In this document: piece after piece, positions 61,001 through 64,000 of the stretch
Numbering within the stretch: the stretch's first letter is position 1
Layout: every line of letters starts with the position of its first letter
Origin: Candidatus Omnitrophota bacterium
GTDB taxonomy: Bacteria > Omnitrophota > Gorgyraeia > B26-G9
DNA: 64,000 bases
Assembly: GCA_043814605.1 (NCBI GenBank)
Contig: JBDRJV010000016.1
Coordinates: forward strand, 16,218-80,217
Direction: 5' to 3'
Made by a program: the position numbers and the translations under genes
The notes under the pieces: model-generated
What the model saw: only the letters and a program-made list of their open reading frames with translations
Told to the model about the DNA's origin: nothing
Databases searched by the model: none

Positions 61001-64000
61001 GCTGACAGAGTATCTTGTAGAATTCTGTTTTCCAAATTCTGGGGCTTTGATGAACGGTAATGCCTATACCCAGACTGAGTCTGTAGCTAAGCACCAAATG
61101 GTTTCTCAGGATGTGGTGCTGGGAAAAGCCGGCATAGAAACTGTGGATGATTTAAATGCTTATTTATCTAGTCGTAGTCAGGATGGACTAACCGCTACTA
61201 GTGGCGAATATAAGTCTCCATTACAACAGACAACAAATGAAGAACAAACAAATCTTGAATCTGCTTTTCAGGAATTAAATCAATATATTAATGAAAGAAA
61301 AGAAAGTGGTATAGGGTCAATGTCGTTAAAAGAATTTTTTGCTAAGCATAATTTGACAGCTGACCAGATCGATATTGTCTTGAGTGAATTATCTGGAGGA
61401 GAAGGGATCTCTTTGGGAAGTATTAGTGAGTATAGGGATACTGAAATAGAGACTTTGTCTGCTTCTGTTGGGGTAAGATACAATATTCCATTTGCAGTTA
61501 CTAAAAATACACTTACAGAGATTGCCAAAGGCACTGGCCAGAGTGTTGAAAATATTATTAAAAAATTGAATTTAGAAAATAATCAAAATGTAACTGGTCA
61601 AACTAAGCTTTCTGAGCTGGCGACACTAACCGGCCAGGATATTGAGGAAGTTACAGAAACAATCGGTGTATCTATTGCCTATGCAAGTATTACTGATTCC
61701 ACAGAGCTTAGCAGTATTGCTCAAGAGTTAGGTAAAAAAGAAGAGGAAGTAGTTAAAGAACTAGATCAACAACTAAAAACACAAGATATGCAACATATAT
61801 CAACAAGTAATATCTCAAACTCAGCTACTTTACAAAGCTTAGCGCAGTTATATGGGGTCAGTTCGGCAGAGATTACGGATACTCTTGGCCTAAAATATAA
61901 TCCGACTGTATTAGTAGATAGAATGTCTATAGCTCAAATAGCGCAAAAATTAGGCTGGGATTTAAATAATTTCGAAACAGAATTTGAATTAGGAGAGATT
62001 ACTATTGACCAAATAGCCCAAGTGACCGAACAAGAAGTTCAGGTGCTTATTCAACCACTAAACAAAGATAATAATATAACCGGTCAAACAAAAATCAGCG
62101 AGATTACAGGTAAAAGTATAATTGATACTTTAGATTTCTTAGGAGTAAATCTAAATACCTTAGCGCAAATAAAGGGATTTAGCAGTACGGAAGAGTTTGT
62201 CTCGCAAGAGTTAAATGCTGATTACAGCAAATTACGCACGGTTGAGGTTAATATTGATCAGCAGGATGGCGCGATTAGCCTGAATAATTTTAATAATGTA
62301 AACTTCAAAATAGACAGGACTGCAGAAAGCGATCAAGGCCTTACTTTAATCACGCCGAATTATTCCTCAAGATGGCTGAAGCTTTTTCATTCTCTTGATT
62401 CTCTTGTGGGAGGTAATTTTACAAAGAATTATTTATTCAAGGTCACTATTAATAATATTGATTCACAGGAAAATCAGCAAGCATATTATTTTAACAGCGC
62501 AAATAATCTAAAAATTAAAAAACTTGCAAATGTCAACGCTAATGATAGAAACAGCCAAGAAAGTCCGGCTTATGTACTGGCTGCGTATAAAGGCAATGCT
62601 AATGTGCGCACAATCCAGGTTTCTCATCAGCCAAAACCTGAAGTGTTAAGTGAGGTAGAAAATCTGGCTGCGGATGATATTTTTGAGCAATTAGCAGGAG
62701 CTTTAAATTTAGATAATGTTTCGGGCACTAATATATCAAGATTATTGGATAAAAATGGGATTGTACCGGATTTTTATACACCCGGTGATATTATTTCCAG
62801 TAATTCTGCAATAGGTTTTAGTTTTGTGATAAATACTATGAGTGATAATTACACAAAACTAAATGAAAATCAAAAACAACAACTAAAAGAGTTTGTCGAT
62901 AAACTAAATGTTGTCATTTCCTCTTTTGTCGCGGTTAAAACAGTGCAAGACATTGATATTTTGGTAAAGGAAATTAATGCTAACATTAAAAATAGTCAAA
63001 TTAGTACTGCGGATTTAACAATAATCTTATCAAAATCAGGACTGGTTACGGTAGAAGGAGATAAGCTGGATGCGTTAGTCAATAAAATATTAGAGCCTCT
63101 CAATAAATCTTTAAGTGATCATAATGGAAAACTTGACCGAGAGTCTTTACATCAAGTGCTTAGAAATGCCAATGCTCTGGGTGAAGACGGAGTAGAATTT
63201 TTAGGTTTTAGAGAAGATAAAGCAGAAGCTTTCATGAGTTTTATTAATGACCCGACCTTAGGCCATGAAATTAAAACTGGTGCGGGAAAGACCGAATATC
63301 TGATCCATTTAAATGCCCTGGCAGGTTTAATTTGCGGGCGAGAAAGAAGCGTAGTAGTTCTTTCTGATTCAGGAAAGTTAAATGAGGCCTATAACACAAA
63401 TGACCGAAGCAAAGAGCTTTATAATAGTCTGTTAGGTGAGGATTCTGTGGTAGTGATTGATAGTACTACAGAGCGAAACCAAAAAACTAAAGAAACTGTT
63501 GAGAAGATTAATAATCCTAAGACCAGGGTAATTTTTACAGAAAGTTCTGTGCTGGGATTTTTAACTGATTCTAGCCGAAATGGCAAACCCGAGCAAAAAG
63601 AATTGTTTAAATTATTAACTGAAAATATCCAGCTGGTACAGGATGAAATCCATACCATGCGTGGTCAAAATTATATTCGCAGCCATGGCAATGGCAATGA
63701 TAAGCCATTAACCCAATCACAAATAAAAGCAACCCAAACCCTGCGTGATTTTATAATAGCAAATAAAGACTCTCTTGGCGGAATTATAAATGAAAAGGAA
63801 TACATTGATTTAAGTGCATTGGTTTTAACTACTGACTCCGCAGGAGCGCAAGCTGCGCCTGTTTTTAATGACAAGTTTTTTGAAAGCTTGGCAGCTTATT
63901 TGACTAAAATTGAATTTCTGGGTGAGGGTAAAACAATAAAAACAGATATGTTAAATGGCTCTGATTATTTAAGTTCCCCAGAGTTAAAAGAGATCCGTTG
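46077..64000 (+). CDS. giant multidomain membrane/surface protein, 3'-partial (over 5,970 codons within the window; continues past the window end)
   Basis: Frame 0 is open from the ATG at 46077 (RBS GGGGGT upstream) to position 64000. Spot translations at 48420, 55620, 60000 and 63960 are stop-free and protein-like. No other plus-strand ORF of 60 aa or more exists across 18 kb of ~35% GC DNA. Contains a hydrophobic N-terminal anchor, helical repeats, a C39-like peptidase, two TM clusters, a huge beta-rich repetitive middle, and a C-terminal SecA-like Walker A/DExH region. Confidence 0.85.
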   Translation, partial: MSSLTGKLWFKITAFIVLETFLFTIADISWAADYRDQKTQAERLMDLQPLKDTRENLSQDALGDKIVLTQPAVPFLGIEHPQGMLTQKPMSLTETTIYGLTIAGNDLTTIFKSLKNSGSSVTDAGFSAVRQGFNKKEIYHALLKAGYDEKEVKTLLGSLLKAEEEKKKQAEENQEKKTSPPEEKEQVQGQTPLVKEQAIFEIPKVATLPVKEKAVEIINDSQKQFALHRQTVEFVRLMIKEGKRGKELINILKKAGLSNERIITTLAQLGFSLQNIISILKQADLNCEDIVKAVQSSQLTYSNKDIYTALIQSGYSDKDIISAFKDAGMSAEDILKLTTDLGRNMIIIAQAMLNAGFSMADVARAYVLKAMQWSYDLSVNIVNCAVESFSAFLNNIGRKFSSKEDLAYELILDDILATGEVDLQGKNIMTSMLAIKNIATKYGIDLQGYKLTIDSLQELSGMSILHLDADHWVSLVGIEGDKATIIDNGTRKTITLSELQVRWDGNILALNKDKIKEHKLYDLQMRQIRGASWLSDAWEDATNWVKDAVEGVGDFFVDVYNGVNDFVQGVNNLIVSFYYTACGNQQKADYYWNKGMQLIDQVVLKIIKAIPNNGIQHVLESVWSGIRMYVQGVGNVIKGSIMMLRGDFKEGFYLMTAGFTQMAVSGLVALYKVCGEDGGRFIGRFIQWVVRIVAAILTFIFTKILGWTVVGMIVGMIIAFIATMIICMVDYDFVQYVSTADAAGISKVMGKVLAAACISAAVAAVGFFVGYALDGLFSSTGSELATTTNTGTTTTASSVTSQVGTGLSIGTTSMVSTTAQAFSTIATNLATIGTSLATAAYNLGVSLYLAVISFSITNIIGSLLMFVDAFIEFVIAVKDSFKGFFSEFSKNVSADISQNCANSGVTVNQEVLKEALDSGLKNMLVQQAVMTGVVYGCEAAGIDDPYLKAVIVGVAGALAGSYGGPGGWEETFKEMAVAAGSMVAEESIRQMGYHENWDPLLTNSLASITGFTVQAGFGAALGADYSIQDDPDTKKIETAYNNTNPFFTRLGHNLRAGLGNVVGDIASDYVARICQENEVDPTITAVLSSWAGTFTTSSVDYMTGQTDLGYLNTLGKAAEQGTYDAVSIVTFMETKKLLMNELDFTETQATGMAYGMTLPMRFMFSHNKVAEENKDGYIGGEFKDGKVSYEGITIKDEFIREQVGEFFESLGYGSKLSGNTYERHDYNSNYSNKVSSFEYMLFGQGLTQDLEGNFYSNDGSISNYGTLNKNKLEYLNYWAEKNPEIFGEKFDSNTDVEKTTDTNTDTKASNLSYGDALFTTVSDAQLSYYNKKGMTNISQGLSDASAHYKYQNKIDRLNKMEGVDVKLGEEYGTKIVVTNNSGQATEELSSELNKNVGEGDSAFYDSADAFINNNPLVITKAEGTNFSTELSNGMEVKFNSSDNVFEGQGVITTPVNSTNINQLCPSLNVNANLLNANQYNNYSLVAQVTVDLKSKTIIQTTDMKLTATATSTKNVILPVNIGNHTAYIGVETNVNFSNQDLVLKSDSQLKNDYQPTNDNIKATNTSEKAADVIVKYDAENKVTLSVNNMGQIGISKETIKNFNDSKQLVSDVIDLPNGCDTTKTEFELVYNTTEGLQLTAVENIAAGKKINYDGEDAFITSSSAQLIYNESGTITSIKGEDTRSNRSGKDVTGVEIKTSKGNILLENKNQISFANEKSGFLSGLSSYFGIGGGNEFVIENGNVLMLTKYNLGQKTEYEIIRNGQEGGTSQETRELNEIIIGEDKASGNLFIAEGCVVNMVKNDVAFTNNDVIHNQAGRAINVGGLQIKQGENTAIHNNQAFKCIEVTKPVAEARGDLKYLLVVNNLKSKESYDFQVENNNVNLPLGDIDSNDIYLTQNGSLSFLTDKAFQGSETKNLDLNAKTTTFNLNPTEIKGQVEIDFTQIGLKGKTEGKGLLIGDKYVTGATQLSGTGSGTIDETNTIIINVDKQNNESYYKGGEVVLSENGLVYKPGDKLEITGLDKGNTYDPGQGQYTGAYVSTGNVKIINDGTYNVNQNYVTSENQNSQIIFTLTNANDQKIDCLMSLNQPIGEAKAGQQQQYTFNFAKEHEGLSLNSASGRKYTITLDESKYIPLSQSVACTGQIETVEINGNSRLTINQQGNEVTADKIILTGSKSTIDAGAQIGKQTEDKVEIIAGDLHIDASDKRFVGTDTVATSKIDPSLQDKKDQETPKTITFSKDNKQATIHYTGNCEYYLTGDVSFNKEGLYLDNGTIFKVAGSENITGFNNAVTVCDTKVIEGKFLINNNTLVALDSSCLTVDDRAQSVNGSENLFTVSYKVELTEKEGISTVKSIEKNYMFNRENINSQIIFDQDLGIIGKVVENKKGEISLSINTAGGKEVLTNKYVDVSVKETTHGTGKIVTLTDSKNSIIATAGKIQTSDGKNLTMWSTQNATTYLLEGKSLAQGQQISIGKFDYTAGKDLAPMRIETMSFTTKNSTAFNFQGNKLNLSGNVNLHINAFEQQLGISGTDKRGKLTGIEFTKANNEQFLLVNGAQAQIVKIDENKYELIVTSGTAYAITDNTIGKKTDFKTDKQLGKDGGKTTGLNEIVIIDKPNGDIAIEKGSQYTVARNNETGQTEVVFKENDKIINNSKQKITINGFTVAEGKTAAIKFDHVYIQGNTYSFQGKDYTLTNFNDFDLIWTDTRNIQGTISEANLHADKNAVNFIFKTDKATYEVKSGKEVGLKGNAYYHINDIDVWATGIEDKFIKDENGNTGWKFEKLVNGSTYKTKVNGVEVVFIVKDNKLMASNGREIGPQNLGKNKNYKDSEGITHDDVDIYVTQALANGQFVLGTDKQGANAWGQVQAGVSEGVSDLTIQGNTHASITSEQVTRKDGTQQTVNIYSTAADGNFKIVFTADKDLNNTVIKDNLKGSHLDVLGEAVINGKTVLDGAAIDYVEKNGNIVPEFSQGSRILEHDFGSGQQIISVYQGKDIKGNDLGWKWHADSSLVDKEWNNNIYIDGKANPVTCKLSATETGFEVLIKNGQGVNLGRSENFVDSQGIKHKDVDIWVTQKLPNGEYVFMVKDKGKNDWQQEQLDLKGGSQESIHGSTYAKVTDQEINGKTIRNYSEKSNGQFQLIFTADNQLKNMGIKDNLDGSSLEVVNAKIGDKFIVKGGVNFIRDKQGNVQANFDNGTVFLNADGTQGVVTEGEIPAPKAPEKSYLDNLQERFGPEVKGASLKSDSWQQINSEKTGLFGEYKYDSKTDTYTFKGTYIVSESIEIWQAELNFTSDFQMKSASGRVFANVENAKINIAGDNFVIKTDQAVSGMIEIGKYTNQGTIILDPYSDLQLYNQVKNNQVFIFGNEQGKNAEFFINKEKNLVLWNGVIDESNGSFSYSSTDQTQTKTKTQEQKPQQQQKQIQTGVITDIKISGNEKNGYNYSGIVEVRQGEKQILNCEGARLIVEKSGFQFGNIDYDYNSLLIGDKSGNLVAQDGSSGTKHLSFEGSDKKVDVNFTMANGGMNITNISGDTHIDSQVKTDCGEISYEYDLVVVKNQLISINHTTSWIENNQEPVIINEKNAKTVTFEDQGRDYSFEKKGDIYVPYAEVKTTNSINSLVLGKDAESSITIQLTPTKELTCVYDLQGNYTTKAGQDTLEGQKGTVFNYVYNNETKEVFVPDGTIFTADVENSGVVITGKLNILKEGHFNLNIGKDQVHIMPSLGGTDKTTTDDRANKIKVNVDVQNMLYAEEGWISLYQGNFLPGENDCLVNNSASSITLLTPGQDSKPVVVKTGQEAIIKNNQAYIIGSQVTAEKNYIDKNNRIWVEGTYDISAEGKFVVVDGYFMQQDYQAKDGTMFRLKDDQFLTGYSDNTGQICYDQGQDVVASNVLTDQQNNQLSLFTNLKTDQDGMLTEQNYYKLDNQLLETGQKFIFDEKPYVMQEHNGEVMPLFKSNKNFTNDNPLIYYKNGNKIELVGETTLLYNIKDQMVGIEGQTLIKGENGKISGTLFTTNDDSQSQFIIENNNKVTLKDGQLNIGFAHLYAVDNYNTYQKETLDLISNASLGNLKSDTKENHIYLTSDADKNIIIEKGSKFTVQDNNFVITNNDVIYTDKNLWVTILVGSGAAQEKIDLGPNSGGMVKDGKFYEAGDRFATNNKNIQGKVAINATTNKIELVYEVVGVENSGDIKGNGKILKMNDDYVISIQKTDEGDTEKRLYEVVTSPNGQKSLKQVDQISVQQEYSVDFGQRTLIESTTVSVDEKDIEIETDYKLMGHKLAVGESVDVRAISFQQDQDPEFIYNGRKYVLTKLENGKFTPESYDVYEANSEFIQGLVVLDSKGRQGQIDPERNKKVTVMFNLQGEAVALIGDGFTRDERGEKYYGVVLTAEHGDLLIKNGKNSISIKDNTLTLIQADAITMTLWDSGREITQVKDSDPGLGKSEAPKENKISVTKSQGIVFVNLKQNITLFNNDWFLTAGDVLVNNSPQAEQIHILSADGRTMYSVEHGQEAAVENGGIKLTKGINAIDLNNANIVQLDKNGQPTKTITNPGEDTSWVNGNYLVATKGENGNFEFTSATGEKLGWNMASLYNVQADKNIVEVSYLGKKISLDSTQFTNENDGESFGSSYWANEYGVNDTVLLEQSDSFSTSLNTFWQTNKAAIGEAALVIGIGLAAAAAIVVLPASVYITAATYGSVLGVMALTVSLSTDSYMELGNILANAEDTNSTENLFWGRVLFETASAFRTVAGNLGVGGQVHGESNIETPIIGGVNAGHVIAAATIICMVYTAGGLGFIKALKGPLVSLSNINLGLVGEQMFTLGKNLIGKGLNGKETLVKSWTGLLKSFGAIKGLHVGLWTAGHMANMLPDHNPASELYQLVLSPFAMGAEFTPEGLWTTVKGGENWDDIIMTNLHLAGFAGLMYFSGPILELLASSRIGNFSGQFLEVSFGEGAAARLSSRMINGLIEEGVKEQALGVILRPIFGNQLTEYLVEFCFPNSGALMNGNAYTQTESVAKHQMVSQDVVLGKAGIETVDDLNAYLSSRSQDGLTATSGEYKSPLQQTTNEEQTNLESAFQELNQYINERKESGIGSMSLKEFFAKHNLTADQIDIVLSELSGGEGISLGSISEYRDTEIETLSASVGVRYNIPFAVTKNTLTEIAKGTGQSVENIIKKLNLENNQNVTGQTKLSELATLTGQDIEEVTETIGVSIAYASITDSTELSSIAQELGKKEEEVVKELDQQLKTQDMQHISTSNISNSATLQSLAQLYGVSSAEITDTLGLKYNPTVLVDRMSIAQIAQKLGWDLNNFETEFELGEITIDQIAQVTEQEVQVLIQPLNKDNNITGQTKISEITGKSIIDTLDFLGVNLNTLAQIKGFSSTEEFVSQELNADYSKLRTVEVNIDQQDGAISLNNFNNVNFKIDRTAESDQGLTLITPNYSSRWLKLFHSLDSLVGGNFTKNYLFKVTINNIDSQENQQAYYFNSANNLKIKKLANVNANDRNSQESPAYVLAAYKGNANVRTIQVSHQPKPEVLSEVENLAADDIFEQLAGALNLDNVSGTNISRLLDKNGIVPDFYTPGDIISSNSAIGFSFVINTMSDNYTKLNENQKQQLKEFVDKLNVVISSFVAVKTVQDIDILVKEINANIKNSQISTADLTIILSKSGLVTVEGDKLDALVNKILEPLNKSLSDHNGKLDRESLHQVLRNANALGEDGVEFLGFREDKAEAFMSFINDPTLGHEIKTGAGKTEYLIHLNALAGLICGRERSVVVLSDSGKLNEAYNTNDRSKELYNSLLGEDSVVVIDSTTERNQKTKETVEKINNPKTRVIFTESSVLGFLTDSSRNGKPEQKELFKLLTENIQLVQDEIHTMRGQNYIRSHGNGNDKPLTQSQIKATQTLRDFIIANKDSLGGIINEKEYIDLSALVLTTDSAGAQAAPVFNDKFFESLAAYLTKIEFLGEGKTIKTDMLNGSDYLSSPELKEIR

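Noticed and set aside
46493-63874. Twenty-odd minus-strand and off-frame ORFs of 60-173 aa listed inside 46-64 kb (for example 48278-48799 minus, 54525-54872 minus, 52657-52842 plus)
   Set aside because: All lie inside the single long plus-strand frame-0 ORF. They have low-complexity or hydrophobic junk translations, which is typical of shadow ORFs in AT-rich DNA.

Overview
AT-rich (~35% GC) bacterial chromosomal segment using the standard genetic code (TGA is a stop), densely coding on both strands. Roughly the first 43 kb is housekeeping. The gene set indicates a diderm (outer-membrane Lol and Mla systems, PpiD, lytic transglycosylase) of a deep-branching lineage (candidate phylum-like; H+-PPase, McsAB-ClpC). 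Identified genes include GTP-PEPCK, purC, maf, ppiD-like, purN, phosphohexomutase, enolase, ftsB, H+-pyrophosphatase, tilS, lysS, lolCD, ilvE, mcsA-mcsB-clpC, mlaEFD, radA, a PIN/TRAM protein, ispD, ispF, cysE, cysS and a ROK regulator. There are three tRNAs: Val(TAC), initiator Met, and Met/Ile2(CAT). Two of the tRNA loci carry degenerate partial tRNA duplications, with identity starting in the T-loop, which is consistent with old integrase att scars. The scar at the tRNA-Met locus is followed by a small AT-rich islet of orphan genes. hppA carries an apparent +1 frameshift in a T6 homopolymer. The outstanding feature occupies the last ~20 kb. A consensus sigma70 promoter with a ~360-nt GC-rich structured leader drives an operon of a secreted protein, a PilZ protein, a second secreted protein, and a single uninterrupted ORF of more than 5,970 codons (46077 to past the window end). 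That giant ORF encodes a protein with an N-terminal hydrophobic anchor, helical repeats, a C39-like cysteine peptidase domain, two transmembrane clusters bracketing ~3,700 aa of beta-rich repetitive sequence, and the start of a SecA-like DEAD-type ATPase domain at the window edge. No CRISPR array, rRNA or recognisable transposase/integrase gene was found.
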